DNA of 64,000 bases from SAR86 cluster bacterium (GCA_003331565.1 QOPE01000001.1:15823-79822), one strand, 5' to 3'; shown: positions 9,571 through 18,844, counted from the first letter of the stretch. The notes: generated by a model not told the origin, from the sequence alone. Program-made: numbers and translations.

Positions 9571-10800
9571 TTATTGAGCTCCCTGAACTTTAGGTTCCTT
9601 TGGGAGCCCAAGTCCTCGTTCAGAAATAATATTTTTTTGTATTTGACTGGTGCCACCCCCAATAATTAATCCTAGGAAATACATATAAATAAATTGCCAT
9701 GATCCTTTATCACGTAGGTGTGGACTATCCTCATACAACACTCCAATCTCACCCATAACATCAATCGCCAAACCCTCTAGTTCGTGCCTTAACTCAGTAC
9801 CAACTAATTTTTGAATCATTTTACCAACTTTGACATCTTGACCAGGATTCAATTTGGCTGACAATAATCTGAGAGCATGAGACTGGGAGGCCATAATTTT
9901 CCCCTGGATCTTCATAAGCCTATCCCTGTAAATCGAATGCTCAATCAGAGGTTTGCCATCAAGCTTTTCTTGTTTCATTAAATCAATGAGCATGTTTAGT
10001 CTGTTCATAATTGCATCAGGCGGTGCTAAGGAGCCTCGCTCATGACCAAGTGTTGCATTTGCAACTGCCCAACCTTCTCCTCGTTTACCAACAATATTTG
10101 TTTCAGGAATTTTTACATCAGTAAAAAATACCTCATTAAATCCTGCTTTCATTGTCATATCTACTAATGGTCTCACTTCGATACCCTCTGAATCCATTGG
10201 AATTAACAAATAGCTTATACCTGCATGTTTTTGAGCTTCAGGTTCTGTTCTAACTAGGCAAAACATCATTTGCGAATATTGAGCAGTTGAGGTCCAAATC
10301 TTTTGCCCATTAATTACCCATTCACCATCAATTAATTCACCCTTTGTTTGCAATGCTGCGAGATCACTGCCCGCATTTGGTTCAGAGTAGCCCTGACACC
10401 AAATCATCTCACCATGAAGTGTTGGTTTTATGTATTTCTCTTTTTGTTCCTGTGTACCCATTTCAAGTAGGGTAGGGACCAACATATCTATCCCTTGGCC
10501 TCCCATTGGGGCAGGAGTTTTTGCTTTAGAAAACTCAGTTGCAATTATTCTGCTTTTAAGAATGTCTGGCTCACCGCCATATCCCCCATATTCTTTCGGA
10601 ACTGCTCTTGCAAAATAACCTTGTTCGATAAGAATTTTTTGCCACTCACTCCTGGTGACTTGTATCTTTTTTTTCTTACTGCTTAAGCTTGCAAGAGGAT
10701 TCTTACTTGCATCTGTAAAAGTAACGCCATCATATTTTTTACAAAAAGCCTTTACTTCTTTTTCGAAATCTAAATATTCTTTACTATAGTGTAGGTCCAT
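9571..10800 (-). CDS. acyl-CoA dehydrogenase (large subunit)
   Basis: ACAD motifs are CQGYSEPNAGSDLA, KIWTS, GEGW...TLGHERGS and GGGTSQIQKNII. Confidence 0.88.
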   Translation of the reverse strand: MDLHYSKEYLDFEKEVKAFCKKYDGVTFTDASKNPLASLSSKKKKIQVTRSEWQKILIEQGYFARAVPKEYGGYGGEPDILKSRIIATEFSKAKTPAPMGGQGIDMLVPTLLEMGTQEQKEKYIKPTLHGEMIWCQGYSEPNAGSDLAALQTKGELIDGEWVINGQKIWTSTAQYSQMMFCLVRTEPEAQKHAGISYLLIPMDSEGIEVRPLVDMTMKAGFNEVFFTDVKIPETNIVGKRGEGWAVANATLGHERGSLAPPDAIMNRLNMLIDLMKQEKLDGKPLIEHSIYRDRLMKIQGKIMASQSHALRLLSAKLNPGQDVKVGKMIQKLVGTELRHELEGLAIDVMGEIGVLYEDSPHLRDKGSWQFIYMYFLGLIIGGGTSQIQKNIISERGLGLPKEPKVQGAQ

Positions 10801-10815
10801 ATTTTCCTTATAAAA

Positions 10816-11631
10816 TTATTTCCAATTAGGAGGTCTCTTTTCTAAGAATGCTGTTATACCTTCTTTTGCATCTTCACCTTTTAGGCATTTTGCTAATTCA
10901 TCTTTTAAAAAAGGAATTGCTTCATCAAAGTTTAAATCATCTTGAGCATTGTAAGCAGCTAGACCTTGTCTCATGGTAGTAGGTGCTAGGCTCGCTAGTT
11001 CATTAGCAATGCCATCAACTATGCTGCCAAGATCTTCAGCCTTTACTACTTTGTTAATTAATCCATATTCTTTTGCCGTTTCAGCATCAATAGCATTGCC
11101 TCGCATAATGAAGTCTAGTCCTTGCCTTTTAGGCATTAATCTAAATAATCCTGCCATGACCATGAAAGGCCATATCCCTCTTTTTATTTCAGGTGCTGAA
11201 AATTTAGCTTCTGCAACCGCAACCGCATGAGTTGAGTTAGTTACCATCAACAAAGCTCCAGCTAAAACACTACCTTGTATTTTACAAATAACTGGTTTAT
11301 TAAGTTTCCTGATTCTAATGCTAATATCCTCAGTCCCTCCGCCAAGCTTAGGAACACTTGATTGCTCTGATTCTTCTTTTCCTGACATACTTCTTAGATC
11401 ACCACCAGCACAAAAAATATCTCCAGCTGCTTCAATTACAACAACTCTTATATTTTGATTCTGATCTGCATAGGTTAGGCAGTAAATTAATTCATTCGCC
11501 ATCATGTCATTGATAGCATTTTTTCTTTCCGGTCTGTTTAATTTGAGAGTTAAGATATGATCATTTTCATTCACTATCAAAGCCCCAAACTTTAATCCAT
11601 CCAGTGATAAAGATTTTTTATGCATATTCAT
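10816..11631 (-). CDS. enoyl-CoA hydratase/isomerase (crotonase) family protein
   Basis: It has the oxyanion-hole segment FCAGGDL and the PEIKRGIWP catalytic-Glu segment. The size is 271 aa. Confidence 0.85.
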   Translation of the reverse strand: MNMHKKSLSLDGLKFGALIVNENDHILTLKLNRPERKNAINDMMANELIYCLTYADQNQNIRVVVIEAAGDIFCAGGDLRSMSGKEESEQSSVPKLGGGTEDISIRIRKLNKPVICKIQGSVLAGALLMVTNSTHAVAVAEAKFSAPEIKRGIWPFMVMAGLFRLMPKRQGLDFIMRGNAIDAETAKEYGLINKVVKAEDLGSIVDGIANELASLAPTTMRQGLAAYNAQDDLNFDEAIPFLKDELAKCLKGEDAKEGITAFLEKRPPNWK

Positions 11632-11632
11632 T

Positions 11633-13399
11633 TTAAGTCTCCAAAAGAGTAGAGGGGATATTTACTTTTTTTGCTCTAAGGTATTCACCTAAAGACTTTG
11701 CCTGAGCATCTTTTCTTGAATTAGATGAAACACCATCCTCTAGAATATCGTGAATATAAAAATTAAGAGAAAGGATGTTAGGAAGATCGAATCTCTCTAT
11801 TTTAAATTCTTTTAGATCAGGCATTAATTCTTTAAGCTTTTCAATTGTTAGAAATGAACTCAAAAATGCAAACGCATCTAAATCTTTTGCCCACACTCCC
11901 AAATTTGCACAACCACCCTTATCTCCTGATCTTGCACCAAACAAAGTCCCTAGAGGGACATGACTTGTTTCACCTTTTGGAGCATCCGGTATTTTTACAG
12001 GCTCTGTTTGATAGTAAATTTCTTCAAAATTTAACTGACTTGTTGGCTTAAGTTCTTTTGATTTACCATTGAAATGGACCACTTCATTGATATGCTTTGA
12101 ATCTACTAATGCTGGCCAATAAATGAGTACCGGGCCATCAGATTTAACGCCACCACCAGCAAAAAAGCCGGGATAGTTTGATAAAGCTAATTCAATAATC
12201 TTTGCACTAAAAAGTCTGCCAACAAGTTCTTTATCTTTTGATTTAACATTTATTCTCAGAGCAGCCATTGCTTCTTCATTAGTGTTAGGGTCATCTTTAT
12301 CATTTCTATCAAGATGAATTGAAACCTCATCAAATTGTTCTCTTCCCCCTACAGAGTTAAATAAAGTATCCGTAAATATTTTAGCTTTCTCCTCAATATC
12401 CAATCCTGTCAAAACTAGCTCCATACCATTTCTATAACCCCCGGCAAGGTTAATGCACACTTTATGTTTTTCTGGAGGTGAGCTTCCTCTACAACCCGAA
12501 ACAAATACTTTATCTTTTTCGGTTTGCTCAATTTTTAAAGTATCAAAATGCGCAACAACATCAGGATTTATATAAGCAGGAGCAGAAATTTCATACAACA
12601 ATTGTGCTGTTACTGTTCCTGTTGATACAAGCCCTCCTGTCCCAGGATGCTTCGTAATATAAAAGCTACCATCCTCCAGAATTTCTGCTATTGGATAGCC
12701 TACGTTATCAAAGCTTGGAACTTCTTTAAAAAAAGCATAATTACCACCTGTGGCCTGGCAGCCACATTCAATAATATGACCAGCAGCTAATGCACCTGCT
12801 AATTTGTCATAATCGTTACGCTCCCAACCAAATTTCCATGCAGCCGGACCTATTACTACTGCAGCGTCAGTTACTCTTGGGCAAACAACTATGTCTGCCC
12901 CTAGATCTAACGCCTCCTTGATACCCCATGCTCCTAGATAAGCATTTGCTGTGAGAGTATGACAGTCAGATTCTTGAAGAGGCGTACCTTTATCAATGTT
13001 ATTAAAAGGTTCATTTAATTGAATCAAATTTTCCATTCGTGGCATCAAGTCATCACCAGTAATGTAGGCTACTTTTAGATCAGTTTTTAATTCAGCAAGA
13101 ATCTTTTCAATTTCGTTTGCCATTGATTGAGGATTTAAACCTCCTGCATTAGTAACTACTTTAATGTTCTTCGATTTACATGTGTGCGCAATTTCTTTTA
13201 TTTGCTTTAAAAATGTCCCTACGTAACCTTTATCTTCACCTCTTTGCATTCTTTGATTGAAAAGAATTGTCATTGTCAGTTCTGCTAAATAATCTCCAGT
13301 AAGAACGTCTATAGGGCCTCCCTCAACCATTTCTTTAGCTGCAGATAACTTATCTCCATAATAACCACTGCAATTAGCTATTCGTATAAGATCAGTCAT
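11633..13399 (-). CDS. AtuA-like acyclic terpene utilisation protein (DUF1446, with C-terminal DUF4387-like part)
   Basis: The N-terminus IRIANCSGYYGDKLSAAKEMVEGGPIDVLTGDYLAELTM and the C-terminal RSGDKGG...AQAKSLGEYLR resemble AtuA/DUF1446 proteins. The 588-aa length fits, and so does the context with an acyl-CoA carboxylase. Confidence 0.75.
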   Translation of the reverse strand: MTDLIRIANCSGYYGDKLSAAKEMVEGGPIDVLTGDYLAELTMTILFNQRMQRGEDKGYVGTFLKQIKEIAHTCKSKNIKVVTNAGGLNPQSMANEIEKILAELKTDLKVAYITGDDLMPRMENLIQLNEPFNNIDKGTPLQESDCHTLTANAYLGAWGIKEALDLGADIVVCPRVTDAAVVIGPAAWKFGWERNDYDKLAGALAAGHIIECGCQATGGNYAFFKEVPSFDNVGYPIAEILEDGSFYITKHPGTGGLVSTGTVTAQLLYEISAPAYINPDVVAHFDTLKIEQTEKDKVFVSGCRGSSPPEKHKVCINLAGGYRNGMELVLTGLDIEEKAKIFTDTLFNSVGGREQFDEVSIHLDRNDKDDPNTNEEAMAALRINVKSKDKELVGRLFSAKIIELALSNYPGFFAGGGVKSDGPVLIYWPALVDSKHINEVVHFNGKSKELKPTSQLNFEEIYYQTEPVKIPDAPKGETSHVPLGTLFGARSGDKGGCANLGVWAKDLDAFAFLSSFLTIEKLKELMPDLKEFKIERFDLPNILSLNFYIHDILEDGVSSNSRKDAQAKSLGEYLRAKKVNIPSTLLET

Positions 13400-13997
13400 G
13401 CTGCTTCTCTATTAAACCGGATAAAATTAAATCAGATAAAAAATTTGATGAATCTTCTGGTGAAGCCAATGACGGCTTAGAGTGAATTTTTTTATTTTGA
13501 AAGTATCTGCCCAAACCTCCCAAGGCCAAAGCTGTTGCTTCGGTATCGATATCAGCAATTTCATTAGCTTTAACAGCTTCATCCAAAAGGCTTTTAATAA
13601 AATTTGTAATGTAATTTTCATGAAAATCTATCATTTCGTTGGTTGAATGTTTTTTGCTCAAAGATAAAGTAAATTTTTCAAATCTTGGACCCACAGCCTG
13701 ATTGACAGTATTCAAGTAGACATGCAATTTTTCTATGGGAGAATCTAGTGTTTGAATTTTTTCCATAGCAATTTTGCCATGCTTGGTTAAAACATTATTA
13801 ATGGTTAAATTTATCAGCTCATCCTTACTCGGCGCAATTTCATAAAGCGTTCTCAGGGATACCTTAAGCATTGATGCTAAATCGGCCATTGTTTTATATG
13901 ACTTACCCTCATCAATTATCTTTTCAAGCCGATCCATAACTTCATGATGACGATGGTTTAAAGTACTTGCTTCTTTTAAGAGAGCTTTATTCATCAA
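13392..13997 (-). CDS. TetR-family transcriptional regulator
   Basis: It has an N-terminal HTH (TMADLASMLKVSLRTLYEIAPSKDEL) and is 201 aa. It overlaps the upstream carboxylase gene by 11 nt and the downstream AtuA-like gene by 8 nt. Confidence 0.8.
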   Translation of the reverse strand: MMNKALLKEASTLNHRHHEVMDRLEKIIDEGKSYKTMADLASMLKVSLRTLYEIAPSKDELINLTINNVLTKHGKIAMEKIQTLDSPIEKLHVYLNTVNQAVGPRFEKFTLSLSKKHSTNEMIDFHENYITNFIKSLLDEAVKANEIADIDTEATALALGGLGRYFQNKKIHSKPSLASPEDSSNFLSDLILSGLIEKQHD

Positions 13998-15906
13998 TTA
14001 CCAATAGTGATTCACCGTTTTCAACCTGCTGACCTTTTTTAACCATAATCTTTGAAATTTTGCCTGCATTTGGTGACTTGATCGTTTGCTCCATCTTCAT
14101 AGCTTCAATAATCATTAATGATTGTCCAGCTTTAACTTTTTGATCTTTTTTTATAAGAACCTCTGAAATTTTGCCTGGCATCGGAGCCAACAAACCACCT
14201 TCAATGGATGAAGTACTTGGATCAACGAATCTCGGTAAAACCTTCAGTTGGATATCATTAAATGAGTCAAAAACGAATAACCTATCTTTGTCCCTATAAA
14301 TTTGATATTGACTTCTAATATCATCAATAACACATTCAAGCACTTCATTATCAAAGGAAATAATTTCCACATTTTTTTCAAGAATCGAAATAGATTCTTT
14401 ATTTATGTAGCTATATTTAATTTGATGTATCTCATTTTCAAATTGAAAAGAAATATTCTGATGCGGCAGTCGACCATTCGTCCAAGAATGCTTAATAAAT
14501 CGGAGTTTATTTTTATTTTTAATATTAGTTTGCGATATCCACAAAGCGCCTGCGATCATTAAGTTATTTTTATTATAATCGTTGAGAACTTTTTTCCTGT
14601 TAGGACTTTGAATCTCAATAAAGTCAGATGTTGTATTTCCGGCCAAAAACTCTGGATGCCTGATGCATTCAACTAAAAAATCTTTATTTGTTTTCACTCC
14701 TCCAATACAGGATTTTTCAAGGGCGGTTGCGAGTTGTAAGCATGCATCTGTCCTGTTGGGGGCCCAGCTGATTACTTTTGAGAGCATTGGATCGAAGTTT
14801 GTACCGACCTCATATCCTTTCTGGACACCTGAATCCCACCTAATAGATTTATTTTTGTAAGGTTCATAACATACTATTTTTCCAGTTTCAGGTAGAAAAT
14901 CATTATTTGGATTCTCTGCATAAAGTCGAACTTCCAGTGCATGCCCATTAAATTCAACATCGTTTTGTTTTAATTCTAGATACTCATTTTTTGCAATGTT
15001 TATCTGTGCTCTTACAAGATCAACTCCTGTAACTTCCTCAGTAACAGGATGTTCAACTTGCAACCTAGTGTTAACTTCAAGAAACCAGAACTCATTTGTA
15101 TTTTCATCAAGAATAAATTCGACAGTGCCTGCCGATTGATATTTAATTTTTTTTGCCAATTTGACTGCCGCATTACCAATTTGCTCTCTTAACTCATCAT
15201 CAAGTTTGGGTGAAGGGGACTCTTCAATAATTTTTTGATGTCGTCTTTGAATTGAGCATTCTCTTTCACCTAGATGTATAACATTTCCATGTTGATCACC
15301 CAGAATCTGAATCTCAATATGTCTTGATTTTTTAATGTATTTCTCAATAAATACTCTCTCATCATCAAAACCAGATTTTGCTTCTCTTTTTGCAGCTGCA
15401 ACTGCATCTTTAAGCTCATTTTTATTATTAACAATTCTCATCCCTTTACCACCGCCTCCAGCAGCAGCTTTAATTAGCAATGGGAATCCAAGTTGTTTTG
15501 AGTCTTTAATACTTTCAGCTTTTTCTAGAGTTGGTACGTTTGCTTTTATCGCTAATTCTTTAGCTTTGATTTTGTCTCCCATCACCTTAATAACATGAGG
15601 TGTTGGTCCTATCCAAATTATGTTGTTACGAATTACTTTTCTGGCAAAAATTGAGTTTTCAGATAGAAACCCATAGCCAGGATGGATTGCATCGGCTTCT
15701 GTCTTTTTTGCTGCATCTACAATTTCATCTGCATCCAAATAGCCATTTTTAAGTTTTACTGCAACATCAGACATGCTTACAAATGTTGCATTTGAATCAG
15801 CTTCTTCATAAACGGCAATTGTTTTAATTCCCATTTCATTAGCTGTTCTTATGATTCTGCAAGCAATTTCACCGCGGTTAGCTATAAGTATGGAATTGAT
15901 TTTCAT
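13987..15906 (-). CDS. biotin-dependent acyl-CoA carboxylase alpha subunit (biotin carboxylase + BCCP; geranyl-/methylcrotonyl-CoA carboxylase type)
   Basis: It has the ATP-grasp biotin carboxylase N-terminus (ILIANRGEIACRIIRT, GGGGKGMR) and the C-terminal biotinylation motif EAMKME. Confidence 0.9.
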   Translation of the reverse strand: MKINSILIANRGEIACRIIRTANEMGIKTIAVYEEADSNATFVSMSDVAVKLKNGYLDADEIVDAAKKTEADAIHPGYGFLSENSIFARKVIRNNIIWIGPTPHVIKVMGDKIKAKELAIKANVPTLEKAESIKDSKQLGFPLLIKAAAGGGGKGMRIVNNKNELKDAVAAAKREAKSGFDDERVFIEKYIKKSRHIEIQILGDQHGNVIHLGERECSIQRRHQKIIEESPSPKLDDELREQIGNAAVKLAKKIKYQSAGTVEFILDENTNEFWFLEVNTRLQVEHPVTEEVTGVDLVRAQINIAKNEYLELKQNDVEFNGHALEVRLYAENPNNDFLPETGKIVCYEPYKNKSIRWDSGVQKGYEVGTNFDPMLSKVISWAPNRTDACLQLATALEKSCIGGVKTNKDFLVECIRHPEFLAGNTTSDFIEIQSPNRKKVLNDYNKNNLMIAGALWISQTNIKNKNKLRFIKHSWTNGRLPHQNISFQFENEIHQIKYSYINKESISILEKNVEIISFDNEVLECVIDDIRSQYQIYRDKDRLFVFDSFNDIQLKVLPRFVDPSTSSIEGGLLAPMPGKISEVLIKKDQKVKAGQSLMIIEAMKMEQTIKSPNAGKISKIMVKKGQQVENGESLLVIDE

Positions 15907-17555
15907 AATCTGAAGACCCCAAACTCACTTGCACCTTTAATTTCAGAGTTATTAATTACAGATAAGCAAAAACCAATTATTGTTCTTGTATCTCTTGGAT
16001 CAATTATCCCATCATCGGTAATCATGCTGCTCGCAACTAGGCCAAGGGACATTTGTTCAGCCATATTTTCAACCATTTTTACAATTTCAGCATCAGCTTT
16101 TTCATCAAATTTTTCACCTTTTCTTGCAGCCTGGCCTCTCCTTACAATCGACATAACACCAGCGATTTGCTTTGGTCCCATCACAGCAATTTTTGCTGTT
16201 GGCCAAAGGAAAGTGAACTTATTATCATAGGCCTTACCTGACATTGCGTATGTCCCAGCTCCATAAGATGATCCCACAATAATGGTAATATGGGGCACGG
16301 TTGAATTTGATACTGCATTTATAAGTTGAGAACCTTTTTTAATGATCGCTTGTCTTTCAAAGTCTTTACCGACAAGAAAACCAGTAACATTTTGTAAAAA
16401 AATTATTGGCATATTTCTTTTATTGCAGAGCTGAATAAATGTTGCTGCTTTTTCAGCAGACTCTGGATAAATTGGGCCATTGTTGCCAACAATGCCAACA
16501 GGATAGCCATGCATCATTGACCAACCACATATCATTGTTTTTCCATAAAGAGGCTTATATTCTTCAAACCTTGATCCATCAACAATTCTTCCTATCACCT
16601 CTCTAATATCCAATGGACTTTTAAGATCTTCATCAACCAACCCCAATAACTCGTCAGGATCTAAGGTGGGCTCATCTCCAAACAAGGAAGGCTCTATTCC
16701 CTGTTTTTCCCAATGAAGATGTGAAACAACGTTGCGGCATAAACGAATAGCATCCATTTCATCTTCAGCAAGATAGTCAGATAAGCCTGATACCTCAGAG
16801 TGCATCTTAGCGCCGCCAAGGGTTTCATCATCAGACTCTTCGCCAGTTGCCATTTTTACAAGAGGGGGCCCTGCTAAAAAAACTTTAGCTTGATCTTTAA
16901 CAAATATATTGTAATCAGACATTCCAGGTTGATATGCACCACCGGCTGTAGAAGATCCAAAAACAACTGAGATGACCGGTATTCTCATTTTTGAGAGTTC
17001 TGTCATGTCATAAAAAAATCTTCCAGTCGCAGCAAAATGAGTATGTCCAATTGTGGGTGCTATCGGAGGCTGATCTCCTTTCTTACCTGTACCCATTCTT
17101 AAATCACCACCTGCAGATTCAACAAAATTTATATACGGCAATCGATTTACTCTGGCAATTTCCATTGCACGATTCCACTTTTCTCCGACATAAACTGTCA
17201 TAGCTCCTGCTAGTACAGATGGATCATTTGCAAATATTACGCATTCTGTACCAGCAACAACTCCTATACCACATACGCAACCACCGCCAACAGTAAATTC
17301 CGTCCCATAGGCAGCAAATGGTGCAATTTCAAGAAATGGTGTGTCGGGATCTAGAAGATTGAAGACTCTTTCTCTAACAGGCATTTTTCCTCTTTTTGCT
17401 AGTCTTTCATGATGATGCTTACCACCTCCCAGTTTTGCTTTATCAAGAAGTTCATCAAGGAAACTTATCTTATCAAGCATCATTTCTTTGTTCTGAGAAA
17501 ACTCTTCAGAGTTAGTATCAAGATTGGATTTAATTTTTGGTGCAAGATTTTTCAT
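15903..17555 (-). CDS. acyl-CoA carboxylase carboxyltransferase (beta) subunit
   Basis: Carboxyl-transferase family features are RGKMPVRERVFNLLDPDTPFLE and duplicated crotonase-like halves. It overlaps the alpha gene by 4 nt. Confidence 0.9.
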   Translation of the reverse strand: MKNLAPKIKSNLDTNSEEFSQNKEMMLDKISFLDELLDKAKLGGGKHHHERLAKRGKMPVRERVFNLLDPDTPFLEIAPFAAYGTEFTVGGGCVCGIGVVAGTECVIFANDPSVLAGAMTVYVGEKWNRAMEIARVNRLPYINFVESAGGDLRMGTGKKGDQPPIAPTIGHTHFAATGRFFYDMTELSKMRIPVISVVFGSSTAGGAYQPGMSDYNIFVKDQAKVFLAGPPLVKMATGEESDDETLGGAKMHSEVSGLSDYLAEDEMDAIRLCRNVVSHLHWEKQGIEPSLFGDEPTLDPDELLGLVDEDLKSPLDIREVIGRIVDGSRFEEYKPLYGKTMICGWSMMHGYPVGIVGNNGPIYPESAEKAATFIQLCNKRNMPIIFLQNVTGFLVGKDFERQAIIKKGSQLINAVSNSTVPHITIIVGSSYGAGTYAMSGKAYDNKFTFLWPTAKIAVMGPKQIAGVMSIVRRGQAARKGEKFDEKADAEIVKMVENMAEQMSLGLVASSMITDDGIIDPRDTRTIIGFCLSVINNSEIKGASEFGVFRL

Positions 17556-17571
17556 ATTAGATAATCTAATA
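17555..17571. promoter_or_regulatory. candidate operator: perfect 17-bp palindrome TATTAGATAATCTAATA
   Basis: The palindrome (8-1-8) was read directly from the sequence. It abuts and overlaps the start codon of the carboxylase beta gene. Its core ATTAGATAATCTAAT matches the second site at 17619-17633 at 13 of 15 positions. Confidence 0.45.
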
Positions 17572-17572
17572 A

Positions 17573-17600
17573 TGGTAATATAATAAACTAAATATTACCA
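17573..17600. promoter_or_regulatory. inverted repeat TGGTAATAT-N10-ATATTACCA
   Basis: The 9-bp perfect arms were read directly. It sits in the divergent spacer between the two ATTAG/CTAAT palindromes. Its function is unknown (an operator or a 5'-UTR hairpin). Confidence 0.3.
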
Positions 17601-17618
17601 ATAAATAATTGTTTTAAA

Positions 17619-17633
17619 ATTAGTTAAACTAAT
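17619..17633. promoter_or_regulatory. candidate operator: perfect 15-bp palindrome ATTAGTTAAACTAAT
   Basis: The palindrome (7-1-7) ends 23 nt upstream of the ATG at 17657. It shares the outer half-sites ATTAG/CTAAT with the site at 17556-17570, and the two centres are 63 bp apart. Confidence 0.45.
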
Positions 17634-17656
17634 AATTAAAAAAGGAATAATTAATT

Positions 17657-18796
17657 ATGAACTCAAGAATCTGCGAACTATTAGATATCGAATTTCCTCT
17701 GGTAGCATTTACTCATTGTAGAGATGTGGTTGTTGCTGTATCAAAAGCAGGAGGGTGTGGTGTACTAGGTGCAGTTGGTATGACACCAGAACAATTAGAA
17801 GAGGAGCTCAAATGGATTGATGATCATATCGATGGCTTGCCATACGGAGTAGATGTTCTTATACCTAACAAAATGGCAGACAAGGACAAAAAGTTTGATG
17901 CAAAAAAACTATCATCAATGATCCCACAGGAATATGCTGATTTTAGGGCTGACATTCTTGAAAATCATGATATCGAAGCCAGTGAGTTAAGAAAAATTAA
18001 TACCGCTGCAACATATATGGCTGAGAACACCAAGGAGGATGGAGCTAAGGCACTTTTGGATGTTGCGTTCAGTCATCCCATAAAAATAATCGCTAATGCT
18101 CTTGGAGTGCCACCCGATTGGATGGTAAAAATGGGTAAAGATAACAATGTTAAAGTTGCTGCACTTCTTGGGACCTCACAACATGCTATTAACCAAGTAA
18201 AAGCTGGCGTTGATATATTAGTAGTTTCTGGCACCGAAGCAGGTGGTCATTGCGGCAGTGTTTCAACAATGGTCTTGATCCCTGAAGTTTATGAAGCTAT
18301 TCAACCGTATGGTGATGTTCCAATCTTAGCAGCAGGTGGAATTGCAACTGGAAAACAGATGGCTGCAGCTATGAGCATGGGTGCATCTGGTGCGTGGTGT
18401 GGATCAGTATGGCTAACAACAGCTGAGTCAGAAGTTCCACCTATAATTAAACAAAAAATGATCGAAGCGTCCTCGAGTCAAACAACTCGTTCTAGAAGTA
18501 GAACTGGTAAACATTCAAGACAGCTTGTTTCAGCATGGACTCAAGCTTGGGAAGCTGATGGTGCACCTGAACCACTTCCAATGCCCTTACAGCCAATGGT
18601 CGCTGAACCAGCATTAGCAAAGGTTAATAAATTAGCAGAGGGTGGTCATGAAGGAGCTAAAGATCTTTCTACCTACTGGGTTGGTCAGGGAGTAGGGCTA
18701 ATGAATCAGAGCATTTCTGCCAGCGATGTTGTCCAAGAATTTAAAGAAGACTTCATTGAGGCCTATGAAAGGCTAGCTAATTTTATAGGCGAATAA
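17657..18796 (+). CDS. nitronate monooxygenase (NMO/2-nitropropane dioxygenase family) FMN oxidoreductase
   Basis: NMO family segments are VSGTEAGGHCG and AAGGIATGKQMAAAMSMGASG. An AAGGA Shine-Dalgarno-like sequence lies about 11 nt upstream. Confidence 0.8.
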   Translation: MNSRICELLDIEFPLVAFTHCRDVVVAVSKAGGCGVLGAVGMTPEQLEEELKWIDDHIDGLPYGVDVLIPNKMADKDKKFDAKKLSSMIPQEYADFRADILENHDIEASELRKINTAATYMAENTKEDGAKALLDVAFSHPIKIIANALGVPPDWMVKMGKDNNVKVAALLGTSQHAINQVKAGVDILVVSGTEAGGHCGSVSTMVLIPEVYEAIQPYGDVPILAAGGIATGKQMAAAMSMGASGAWCGSVWLTTAESEVPPIIKQKMIEASSSQTTRSRSRTGKHSRQLVSAWTQAWEADGAPEPLPMPLQPMVAEPALAKVNKLAEGGHEGAKDLSTYWVGQGVGLMNQSISASDVVQEFKEDFIEAYERLANFIGE

Positions 18797-18844
18797 TTTT
18801 ATTAGTTTCTATTTGGATGGTGGCTGGCTCAGTAACAGTTAACT

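Noticed and set aside
17657-18796. The nitronate monooxygenase gene looks clearly GC-richer than its neighbours. Spot counts give about 45-55% per line, which could suggest horizontal acquisition.
   Set aside because: Similar spot values occur in other Gly/Ala-rich conserved enzymes in the window (acnB, leuC, prpD). The difference is better explained by amino-acid composition. Hand counts are too crude to claim HGT.
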